Source: Myxococcota bacterium (GTDB taxonomy: Bacteria; Myxococcota; SpSt-1050). Taken from it: 25,025 nucleotides of DNA. Both the position numbers and the translations under genes were made by a program. The stretch covers positions 1 through 25,025 of the forward strand of contig JBMFOP010000049.1 of NCBI GenBank assembly GCA_049969675.1, in the 5' to 3' direction. Shown piece after piece: positions 16,558 to 25,025 of the stretch (position 1 is its first letter; the number at the start of each line of letters is the position of its first letter). A model generated the notes under the pieces. The model searched no databases and was not told where the DNA came from. It worked only from the letters and a program-made list of their open reading frames with translations.

Positions 16558-17596
16558 AGTACATACGTGCGCGCTGACAGGCGAGTTCAGATGGCTTAAA
16601 TATATTGTCTGTGTCTCTGAGATTGAGACCCGGACAGATTGAACAGACACCGAGATATTTGCAGGAAAAACATTGCTTATAGTCAGTGATTCTTAGTGAT
16701 TTTATCCATCTGAGCTTCTCAGAATTTCTCCATATATCTATAAGACTCTCCCTTCTCAGGTCTCCCAGCAGTTCATTCCATTCTACGCAGGGGAAGAGTT
16801 TTCCATCGGGCGCTATATATAGCCCGGTAATTCCGGCATAACAGGTGACGGCATCCTTATTGATTGATGCCTGTCTTTCTGATTCCATCTCGTCTATCTT
16901 GACTTCCTTTATCTTCTCAATCCTGCCTATCTCCTTAAATAATCTCTTTTTCTCTTCAAATGGGATATTTAATTCTCTGACTCCCCCCCTTTTAGACATA
17001 GTTGGGGTAATCACCATATCGTATTGTGCTATAATCTTCCCATTAAACTTTTTAGTCCATTTCAAAATATCTATGTAGTTACTATAATTGCCCCGCATTA
17101 TAGAAGTCTTAATAATGATATTGATATTGTTTCTATACAACAATTCAATTGCGTTCATCGTCTTCTCAAATGAGCCTCTCACCTGAGTTATACTGTCATG
17201 AATAGATGGGTCAAGGGAGTAAAGGGAGACTCCAACATTCAGGACATCATTCTCCCTTAAAATCTCAACCTCTCTCTCTTTTATCAAATACCCTGATGTT
17301 ATTATCTTTATAGAGAATCCAAGCCTCTTTGTAATTCTCAGTATTTTCTCAAAGTCCTTTCTTAGGAAGACCTCTCCACCTGAATATGTAACAAACAGGA
17401 CATTCAGAGTTCTGGCATTGTGTAGAATCCTATCTATCTCATTCAGGCTCAACTCCTGCATTCTTCTATGGTCTATGTAACAGTGAATACATCTTAGCGG
17501 GCATCTATATGTTATATCAAAGTGGAGTGATAGAAGGGTATCTGTCTTCCTCGCCTTCTCCCTCAGATATTCAAAGGCTGATAACTGCCTCTTCAA
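16547..17596 (-). CDS. radical SAM/SPASM domain protein (PqqE-like peptide maturase family)
   Basis: CPLRCIHC (CX3CX2C), SGGE, VSLYS..HD. SPASM domain CYAG..PDGKLFPC..CFSCKYLGVCSICPG..C with 7 Cys. Confidence 0.92.
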   Translation of the reverse strand: MKRQLSAFEYLREKARKTDTLLSLHFDITYRCPLRCIHCYIDHRRMQELSLNEIDRILHNARTLNVLFVTYSGGEVFLRKDFEKILRITKRLGFSIKIITSGYLIKEREVEILRENDVLNVGVSLYSLDPSIHDSITQVRGSFEKTMNAIELLYRNNINIIIKTSIMRGNYSNYIDILKWTKKFNGKIIAQYDMVITPTMSKRGGVRELNIPFEEKKRLFKEIGRIEKIKEVKIDEMESERQASINKDAVTCYAGITGLYIAPDGKLFPCVEWNELLGDLRRESLIDIWRNSEKLRWIKSLRITDYKQCFSCKYLGVCSICPGLNLRDTDNIFKPSELACQRARMYYEN

Positions 17597-18388
17597 TCAG
17601 ATGACCTCCAGAAATTTAGGACTCTTTGTAAAATAGAGTATATTATTTTCTGTTCTGGGCAATATCTTCTGTATAGTTAGCAATAAGTTGTCAAAACTCT
17701 CAAGATCTACAGCGGCGTAGAGGACATTCTCCATCATATGTTTGACTGCATCATTAAATGTGAGCCCCCTCTTAAAATCCCGTCTGGACTGTTTAAGGAA
17801 GTATATCTTCTTAAGCGGCGCTTTTTTGTATCTCCCCTTAATCTTTGTATTTCCCCAGAAAGGCGTGGAGTATGCAAAGACCTTTCTTTGTTCTAAGGTT
17901 ATGTAAGAGATTTCGTCTGAGAGTATCTCAATGGAGCTATATGATTGAGATGCAATCCTCGCCATTGTGCTCTTTCCAGTCCCTGATTTTGCTGGAAAGA
18001 GGTATGCCTCACCATCTTTTATAAATGATGCGGCGTGAATAAATAGCCCATTTGAGAAGGTGGCTTTTAAGGCGTAAATTATTCTCAGGAGGGAAGAGAG
18101 GACATAGGTCCTGCTGTTTATTCTTGCCTTCACAACGCACTTCTTCAGGTCAAAAGTTCCATCAAAGTAATGCCACCTGATTTTATAGAGGTTGTTTGAA
18201 AACCTTATGGCTGGTGCAATCCCATCGTATCTAAAATTATTTAAGTCATCTATCAGATCAGCAAACAAAATTATGTCGGGACTATTCTCGGTTAGAAACC
18301 CACTGAAGACATCTCTAATCTCTTTCTCCCTATCTGTTGGACTAAGGAGTACCTCTGTAGTAAATGGTCCAATTGAAATTCTAAACAT
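17597..18388 (-). CDS. HPr-kinase-related P-loop protein
   Basis: FIHAA..AYLFPAKSGTGKST..LSDE..STPFWG, the HprK-related signature seen in radical SAM peptide-modification cassettes. Confidence 0.8.
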   Translation of the reverse strand: MFRISIGPFTTEVLLSPTDREKEIRDVFSGFLTENSPDIILFADLIDDLNNFRYDGIAPAIRFSNNLYKIRWHYFDGTFDLKKCVVKARINSRTYVLSSLLRIIYALKATFSNGLFIHAASFIKDGEAYLFPAKSGTGKSTMARIASQSYSSIEILSDEISYITLEQRKVFAYSTPFWGNTKIKGRYKKAPLKKIYFLKQSRRDFKRGLTFNDAVKHMMENVLYAAVDLESFDNLLLTIQKILPRTENNILYFTKSPKFLEVI

Positions 18389-18391
18389 AAT

Positions 18392-19330
18392 CTACTTCTG
18401 TCTATCAACTATCTCATTTATCAATGGGATAAATCTACCGAGATTGAAATTCTCAATAACCCCGAGGTGGGATTCTATCTCACGCTTCTTCTTGTTGATG
18501 ATATCGGATATGTTTTTTCTGAGTGACTCTCTTTTTATGAGAAGTGGTTCTGCCTTCTCTATCAACTCTCTCTTCTCACCCCTTGATTGAAAATACTCTA
18601 ATACAAGATTCTTAAATTCGTCGTCTGAATTCATCAATAATATTGTGGGGAGCGTGATATCCCCTTCGAGCAGGTCCTTGAATCTGCTCTTTCCAGTCTT
18701 GCTACCAATGAAGTCCAGAAGGTCATCGGTCAATTGAAATATCTCTCCGAAGAGCATCCCCGCCTCTCTCATATGTAATGTCTCTGAATCATCTAACCCG
18801 CTGATGATGGCAACGGCTTCAAATGATGCAGAGAACAGCGCACCGGTCTTCCCTCTGATTATATCAAAGTAGTCATCTCTGTTTAATGAGGTATTCCATC
18901 TGAATAATGCCTGTTTTAGTTCCATAAGGGTCATATATGATACCGCATAAGAGTATATCTTTGCCACATCTATTCCGTAATTTTCAAGGACAAGCCTTGA
19001 TGCGGAGGAGTAAAAGTAATCTCCAGCAAGGATGCTGATCAGATTACCGTATCTGGCGTTGAGTGTCGGCCTATCTCTCCTTATCTTTCCATTGTCTATT
19101 ACATCATCATGAAACAGGCTTGCGAGATGAACAAGTTCAGTTGTGGTGGCAAGGGGTATGAATCTGCTGATATCTGTTCCATCCAATGAAGAGGCGAGGG
19201 CATATATCGTCCTGGGACGGATCATCTTCCCGCCATATATCTCCTGCAATATATCCTCAAAGACATCTCTATTTCTTAAGAGTTTGACAGCTGTATCTGT
19301 TACATTCTGAAGAAATTCTGTCTCATTCAT
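18392..19330 (-). CDS. trans-polyprenyl diphosphate synthase (IspB/HepT-like)
   Basis: GGKMIRP, first Asp-rich motif HDDVID..RR, AGD, KTG, second motif FQLTDDLLD. Confidence 0.92.
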   Translation of the reverse strand: MNETEFLQNVTDTAVKLLRNRDVFEDILQEIYGGKMIRPRTIYALASSLDGTDISRFIPLATTTELVHLASLFHDDVIDNGKIRRDRPTLNARYGNLISILAGDYFYSSASRLVLENYGIDVAKIYSYAVSYMTLMELKQALFRWNTSLNRDDYFDIIRGKTGALFSASFEAVAIISGLDDSETLHMREAGMLFGEIFQLTDDLLDFIGSKTGKSRFKDLLEGDITLPTILLMNSDDEFKNLVLEYFQSRGEKRELIEKAEPLLIKRESLRKNISDIINKKKREIESHLGVIENFNLGRFIPLINEIVDRQK

Positions 19331-19336
19331 AAATAA

Positions 19337-20413
19337 TTATTTCTTCTTCTCCTTATCTATTCTCTGTTCTGATTTATCCTGTTTTTGCTCTGATGGCTTT
19401 GTGAGTCCATAGGACTCTCTAATCCTGTTCTCTATTTCCAAGAGCATATCCTTATGTTCTTTTAAGAGCAGACGCGCATTATCTCTCCCCTGCCCGAGCC
19501 TTTCGCCTTTATAGGAGTACCAGGTCCCGGTCTTTTCAATAATCCCAAGATTGGCAGCCGTATCCAGAATATCTCCCTCTCTTGACATACCTTCGTTAAA
19601 GAGTATATCAAACTCCACCTCTCTGTGTGGTGGTGCAAGTTTATTCTTGACTACCTTTACCCTTGTGCGCGCACCAACAATATCTTCTCCATTCTTAATT
19701 GAACCCACCTTTCTGATGTCCAGCCTGACGGATGCGTAGAATTTTAATGCCTTTCCACCAGTCGTTGTCTCTGGATTCCCGTACATAACCCCGAGCTGCA
19801 TACGAATCTGGTTGATGAAGACTACAAGTGTATTTGAACGGGATATTGCGGCGGTCAACTTCCTTAGCGCCTGAGACATAAGTCTTGCCTGAAGCCCCAT
19901 ATGGGAGTCCCCCATCTCTCCGTCTATCTCAGCCTTCGGAACCAGTGCTGCGACAGAGTCCACAACAATGAGGTCAACTGCGCCTGAGCGAACGAGTGTC
20001 TCAACGATCTCCAATGCCTCCTCTCCATAGTTAGGCTGTGAGAGGAGAAGGTCATCAATCTTAACCCCTAACTTTGATGCGTATTTCAGGTCAAGGGCAT
20101 GCTCTGCATCTATAAATACAGCTACTCCCTGATTCCTCTGACACTCCGCAATTATATGAAGAGCAAGAGTTGTCTTCCCTGATGACTCCGGTCCGTAGAT
20201 CTCCACTATCCTTCCTCTCGGTAGACCACCGGTTCCAAGTGCGATATCCAGTGATAAAAGACCTGTAGAGATGACGGGAATATTTCTATTGATCTCCTCC
20301 GAATCCTTGAGCCTCATTATTGAGCCTTTGCCAAATTGCTTCTCTATGGTACTGATAGCCAGATCAATTACCTTCTCTCTGTCACTCTTTTTGTTCTTCT
20401 CTTCTGCTGTCAT
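19337..20413 (-). CDS. recA: recombinase RecA
   Basis: [53 protein letters not shown]. Confidence 0.99.
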   Translation of the reverse strand: MTAEEKNKKSDREKVIDLAISTIEKQFGKGSIMRLKDSEEINRNIPVISTGLLSLDIALGTGGLPRGRIVEIYGPESSGKTTLALHIIAECQRNQGVAVFIDAEHALDLKYASKLGVKIDDLLLSQPNYGEEALEIVETLVRSGAVDLIVVDSVAALVPKAEIDGEMGDSHMGLQARLMSQALRKLTAAISRSNTLVVFINQIRMQLGVMYGNPETTTGGKALKFYASVRLDIRKVGSIKNGEDIVGARTRVKVVKNKLAPPHREVEFDILFNEGMSREGDILDTAANLGIIEKTGTWYSYKGERLGQGRDNARLLLKEHKDMLLEIENRIRESYGLTKPSEQKQDKSEQRIDKEKKK

Positions 20414-20653
20414 CCAGCCCTCCTTGATAAAGGAAATCTCATTTAATTTTATTATTTGAAAATAATCAATATAATTTTTTCAAAAATTTCAGGATATAAA
20501 AAAGAGAAAGGTATGCAAGAGCCTTTTCCTCTGCACTGAAATTTCTTCTATTATTCTTGAGACGGTTCCTTTGATTATATTCTATATCAGGCAGGCTCAT
20601 AGGTACTTCTTATCAGTCAAAAATATGAAGTCTAGATAGGGATTGTTCAGATA

Positions 20654-22075
20654 TCATTGATTCTGGAAGGCGAGGTTAAGAATCTCCTTTGCAAACTGAT
20701 TGTCTTCATTAAATATTTTTTGAGGTGAGATGTCTGGCATATTGATAATTTTATCTGCAAAGGATGAGTCAGCCCTGAAGAGGGCAGTCTGATAGATTGT
20801 CTCAAAGATATCCATCATTGAGAGAGAGAGATTGGGATACTTTGAGAGTTTTTTAGAGATAATAACCTGTTTCTGTTGTAAATTCTCTATCGTATCAGGG
20901 TTCTTGCCTGCAAGTGGAGTAGTAGGTGAAGGGACAAAGTTATTGATTGATACTCTGAGTTTTCCGACTTTTCCCTTCTTTCTTGAAGAGATAATAAGGA
21001 TCTCCCTGATATCCAGAATAAGATCTATCATAGCCTCTATATCTTCTACTGTCTCAGATGGAAGCCCTATCATCATATAGAGTTTGATATTCATTACGCC
21101 ACCATTAATCAGTTCTTTCAGCATCTCAATCAGTGTGGTGCGGTTGTAGAATTTGTTGGTAACTCTCATCAACTTTTCAGTTGCAACCTCTGGTGCAATT
21201 GTGAGAGTCTTAATATCAGATTTGAGAATGAGTGGAATCTTCTTCGGACTTAAGTCTGCAATCCTGATTGATGCAAACGATGGGCGCCTCCTCTTTTCAA
21301 GTATATACTCAATTATATCAGCGATTCTGGAATGAGAGAGGACTGCATCTCCAATCAATCCAACTATTTTAATATCTGGTGGGGCTTTATCTATTGCATT
21401 TACAATATGCTCAAATTTAAACTCTCTGTAATATCTGGTGATATGCCTTGACATACAGAAGTTGCAATTCCCCGTGCACCCTCTGCTGACCTCAATTAAA
21501 TGCATATTTGCAAATTCTGTATCCTTTGTATAGATTACCGAGGTTGGAGGGTCATATTCCAGTTCACGCCTATCTGGCAGTATCATCTCCACTTTTGATG
21601 CAGCAGGCTGTATCTCCTCTATTATCTCCTCTCTCTTTGCCCCTGATTTAATTAGATTGAGAATACTCTTTATATGTTCAGAGTGTGATTCAAGTTCGCC
21701 CGGAAATATTATGGCATTACATTTAGACAGGAGTTTCGGATTGGCGACAGCCGCCATACCACCTATGCAGACTGCCCTGGTGTAATCTTTATTGGCAAGA
21801 TTTTTATGGCACAACCTCAGCAATTCAGGGATATCAAGTATGAATGGGGCAGTAACGAATATGGCTCTGTAATCCATATATGTAAGGCCGTGCTCAATAC
21901 TTCTCTCAATCCCCTGCACAAATCTGTCACACAGGACCCCGTCCAGTCCATTTAGAAAAGAGTATATACTCTGATATGCAAGTGAGGACATCGCAAGATT
22001 ATATCTCCCGGGGAATAGTACAGCGGTATGAAGGTTTTTACCTCTCTGTTTTATAATAACTCCTCTCTCTCGCAT
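20654..22075 (-). CDS. radical SAM protein with degenerate B12-binding-like N-terminus
   Basis: YNLAMSSLAYQ, IEVSRGCTGNCNFC, TIAPE, IKLYMMIGLPSET, FVPSPTTP. Confidence 0.85.
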   Translation of the reverse strand: MRERGVIIKQRGKNLHTAVLFPGRYNLAMSSLAYQSIYSFLNGLDGVLCDRFVQGIERSIEHGLTYMDYRAIFVTAPFILDIPELLRLCHKNLANKDYTRAVCIGGMAAVANPKLLSKCNAIIFPGELESHSEHIKSILNLIKSGAKREEIIEEIQPAASKVEMILPDRRELEYDPPTSVIYTKDTEFANMHLIEVSRGCTGNCNFCMSRHITRYYREFKFEHIVNAIDKAPPDIKIVGLIGDAVLSHSRIADIIEYILEKRRRPSFASIRIADLSPKKIPLILKSDIKTLTIAPEVATEKLMRVTNKFYNRTTLIEMLKELINGGVMNIKLYMMIGLPSETVEDIEAMIDLILDIREILIISSRKKGKVGKLRVSINNFVPSPTTPLAGKNPDTIENLQQKQVIISKKLSKYPNLSLSMMDIFETIYQTALFRADSSFADKIINMPDISPQKIFNEDNQFAKEILNLAFQNQ

Positions 22076-22087
22076 TATCTTTGGAAC

Positions 22088-23980
22088 CTAATTTATAAGA
22101 TGGTTTAAAGAAGAATCACCCCAGAACTTCCCTATATTACAATCTACATCTATCTCTAACACCTTTAATATCTGCCTTGATGCATCTTTCATTAATTCTT
22201 TTGCAAGTAATGCAATCTCCGCGGCATCCGAATAATCAGCCTCAATCAATATCTCATCGTGCACGATATTTATTATAAATGCCTTTTCCCCCATCTCAAA
22301 CAATCTCTCATCTATATTTGTTATTGCCAGCTTCATAATATCTGCGGCGGTCCCCTGAATGGGCATATTCCTGATAAATCTGTATAATTCCTGAATCTTG
22401 TAATCAATATCTTTAGTAGCCCTTTTGAGGGCATCACCTTCTGTGATAACATTTTGAATCCTCTTTATATACATCTCTTCTGAGAAAGGGCCCTTCTTGA
22501 AATATTCGTCTTCAAGTGTTTTTAGAATCAAAGATGAAAAAAACTCCCCCCTCTTTACTCCAACCTTTGCGATAATTTCTTTGAGAGCCTTTTTCCTGAA
22601 ATCTGTCATAACTTCAAGAGGGTTCAAGAGGCATCTCCTCCCTGTAAGAGTCCTTAGCTCCTGTGACTTTATCGCCGTATTGATACTATCCTGAATATAT
22701 GAATAGAGTGAAGGGAATAACATATAATAATTTTTTATTAATCTTGTAGCCTCTCCCTTATCAATCCCGAGCCGCCTTGCAAGTCCCTGCGCAGTCATCC
22801 CGTATATTATTCCAAAGTTTATAGCCTTTGCACGACGCCTCAGTTCTGGATTTTCGGTCTTTGAGACCTTTTTTGAAAACATAAGTTCTGCCACATAGGA
22901 ATGTAGATCCAGCCTCTCTCTAAATGCCTTCAAAAAGTGCGGATCCTTAGAAAGGGCTGAGAGGACCCCGAGCTCAAATGTGGAATAGTCCAGTGTAATA
23001 ATTACACGCCCCTCAGGTGCAAGGAAATATTCTCTAAATAAGCGTGTCTTTGGAATTGCAAAGAGGTTTGGTCCCTGTGAAGAAGACCTCCCTGAGGCAG
23101 ATGCAATCTGAATAAATCTACTATGTATTCTGGATTCGGGCAATTTTGTTCTTTTAATTAATTCATTTGCGTTTTGACATAAGATATGTGCAAGGTCTTT
23201 ATAATTTTTTGCAAATTCCGAAAGCAGATTTTCAAGTCTGATATCCCCCTTTACACCGTAGTTGAATAATCTCTCTATCTCTTTCTCATCAAGAAGTGGG
23301 TTCTCTTCTATCAGACTCTGTCTCTTTATAGAGGAGAAGAGGTTTAAGAAACCCCTGACATCAAAGAAGATTCCTTTGTGAGAGATCCTTGCAAGACTCT
23401 TGATAAGGTTGCTCTCAAGTCGGGAGACACGTTCAAGCGAGAATGCCTTAATCTTCTTTACCTGTTCAAGGAATATCCTGTAAATCACAAGTAACTCTAT
23501 TCTGAGGAACTCCAGCAGCTGTTCATTTATCTCGCCTTCAATATTTTCAAGGAGCAGTCGCCTTCCTCTCTCCGGTCTGAATCCCAGATACTTCTCGGAT
23601 AGGTCATCTAACTCCTTTATTTCAGAGGGAAAGAAATAATTATTGGTAATCAATTGTTCAAGTATAAGGATATCGGCGATATTCGTAATTTGGAATTCTC
23701 TGAACTTATAAATATTTAAAACCTTCTCATAGGCAGAGGACATCACCTTTAAGGTATTTGACCTTAAAAACACCTCAAGTATCTCATATCCACAGCTTCT
23801 CAGGTCAAAGACGATATGTCTCTTTTCTGTGCCAGTGAGCATCAGGATTGGCTTTACTACCTCCTTCTCATTCACAAAGAATATGTCCAATGCCACAATA
23901 GGTAGAGATATTGCATCCTTGATTCTGCTTTCAGCATCGGATGGGTTTAATACAATTTTTAAGTCCGTATTTCTTAACAT
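22088..23980 (-). CDS. divergent family A DNA polymerase (no 5'-3' exonuclease, degenerate 3'-5' exonuclease-like domain)
   Basis: Motif A DYSTFEL, DLH, motif B RRRAKAINFGIIYG, NMPIQGTAAD, motif C IVHDEI; 630 aa. Confidence 0.88.
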   Translation of the reverse strand: MLRNTDLKIVLNPSDAESRIKDAISLPIVALDIFFVNEKEVVKPILMLTGTEKRHIVFDLRSCGYEILEVFLRSNTLKVMSSAYEKVLNIYKFREFQITNIADILILEQLITNNYFFPSEIKELDDLSEKYLGFRPERGRRLLLENIEGEINEQLLEFLRIELLVIYRIFLEQVKKIKAFSLERVSRLESNLIKSLARISHKGIFFDVRGFLNLFSSIKRQSLIEENPLLDEKEIERLFNYGVKGDIRLENLLSEFAKNYKDLAHILCQNANELIKRTKLPESRIHSRFIQIASASGRSSSQGPNLFAIPKTRLFREYFLAPEGRVIITLDYSTFELGVLSALSKDPHFLKAFRERLDLHSYVAELMFSKKVSKTENPELRRRAKAINFGIIYGMTAQGLARRLGIDKGEATRLIKNYYMLFPSLYSYIQDSINTAIKSQELRTLTGRRCLLNPLEVMTDFRKKALKEIIAKVGVKRGEFFSSLILKTLEDEYFKKGPFSEEMYIKRIQNVITEGDALKRATKDIDYKIQELYRFIRNMPIQGTAADIMKLAITNIDERLFEMGEKAFIINIVHDEILIEADYSDAAEIALLAKELMKDASRQILKVLEIDVDCNIGKFWGDSSLNHLIN

Positions 23981-24181
23981 ATCTTCTCTAAATTCTGTAA
24001 GGACATGATAATATCAAAAGGTACCTGAACACAACCCTTATTAATTCGCAAAAAAGGATTAAAATCAAGAATATAAGAACAATTTGTGCCACGACGGGGA
24101 TTTGTTATTTAAATGCAAATCTGCTCAATTGATAACTCTATTCAACCCACAAAAATCTCAACAACATAAGGTCCAAACAAG

Positions 24182-24613
24182 TTATCTCTGGTCATTTATT
24201 GCATTGATTAGTGGTAAGAAGGTCTGAATTAGTTCATTCTCTTCCGCCCGCTTCCTCTCAATGTGAAAGATAAATAGTCTCTGTCCGATATATCTTGGAA
24301 TAATATGGATATGCAGATGGAAGACCTCCTGACCTGCAGCCCTTTCATTACTCTGATGGATATTGATGCCATCGGGCTTTAAGACCTCCTTTATCTTCTT
24401 TGCCACCTTTGTAGTAGTCTTGAATATATGAGTCGCATATTCATCGTTAAGTTCGTATATATTTGTAAAATGTCTTTTGGGGATTATTAAAGTGTGTCCT
24501 TTCATCAACGGGTAGAGGTCTGCAAATGCCATTGTGTAATCATCCTCATATATAATCACAGCATTTCTCTCTTTCTTTGCTATCTGACAGAAGATACAAT
24601 CTTTATTTTCCAT
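24182..24613 (-). CDS. HIT family nucleotide hydrolase (Hint-like)
   Basis: DCIFC, GHTLIIPK.H, AGQEVFHLHIHIIPR histidine triad; AGGAGAG RBS. Confidence 0.95.
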   Translation of the reverse strand: MENKDCIFCQIAKKERNAVIIYEDDYTMAFADLYPLMKGHTLIIPKRHFTNIYELNDEYATHIFKTTTKVAKKIKEVLKPDGINIHQSNERAAGQEVFHLHIHIIPRYIGQRLFIFHIERKRAEENELIQTFLPLINAINDQR

Positions 24614-25025
24614 AAGACTCTCCTATCATAGTGATTAAAGAGGGATTGTCTTGAATATAATATACAATCTTTAATTTTTAGTCTACTGTTTTTATGGATA
24701 GTTCCTTCAGATTCTATAAGAATATTGTGCAATGACATATTTGTCCAAAATAATATTGATGGAATCCTAAAATAATATTAAATTATTCTAAATATATGGG
24801 GCAGTGGTTATAGACAAATACTACAAATATTTTCTAAGAATATTTTTTATCAGACGATGAGGGATAAGGAAGGAGGCAAATGATTTTTACTTTTCGGGTG
24901 CAAATAAGAAAAAATAAAGGGCCATTATACACAATCTAAATATCCGTCGTCGGCTTTGAAACATTTATTAGTATTGTAACGAACACTTTGCATTTATCCA
25001 TATGTGAAAAATAGTAATTTGAAGT

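Noticed and set aside
16558..16650. Longer N-terminus of the S26 peptidase given by the ORF track
   Set aside because: It would overlap the SPASM domain by about 100 bp; ATG 16557 gives a normal short overlap.
22370..22633. Polymerase insertion starting with Cys (CLLNP..) as a possible mini-intein
   Set aside because: No terminal His-Asn followed by Cys/Ser/Thr, no TxxH block, and too short.
24076..24091. TGGCAC-N5-GTTCT upstream of the polymerase as a second sigma-54 promoter
   Set aside because: The invariant -12 GC is missing.
24866..24939. AGGAGG followed by a 19-codon ORF (MIFTFRVQIRKNKGPLYTI)
   Set aside because: Very short SD spacing and no motif; cannot be supported without downstream context.

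Overview
AT-rich bacterial chromosomal window. The DnaK carries the N-terminal insert typical of diderms, and the gene content suggests an anaerobic delta-proteobacterial/Myxococcota-like organism (inference only). From left to right: (1) the tail of a probable type I restriction-modification locus (HsdR C-terminus plus YgjP/M48-like HExxH protein), followed by a decayed IS4/DUF4372 transposase fragment; (2) two exported hypothetical proteins; (3) a minus-strand grpE-dnaK-atypical dnaJ-glmS operon; (4) a divergent 2-oxoacid oxidoreductase operon (porC, a PorD split by a GltD/NfnB-like flavoprotein, porA, no porB) preceded by a long leader hairpin; (5) a compact type III secretion-like operon behind a consensus sigma-54 promoter (needle SctF-like, inner rod SctI-like, SctJ, small ORF, SctL, SctN) with no export gate or secretin in the window; (6) a tightly coupled minus-strand operon recA - polyprenyl synthase - HPr-kinase-like protein - radical SAM/SPASM - soluble S26 peptidase - carbonic anhydrase, resembling a peptide-maturation cassette without a visible precursor; (7) a HIT protein, a highly divergent family A DNA polymerase and a second radical SAM protein. 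No rRNA, tRNA or CRISPR array was seen. All family calls come from motifs recognised by eye, not from database searches.
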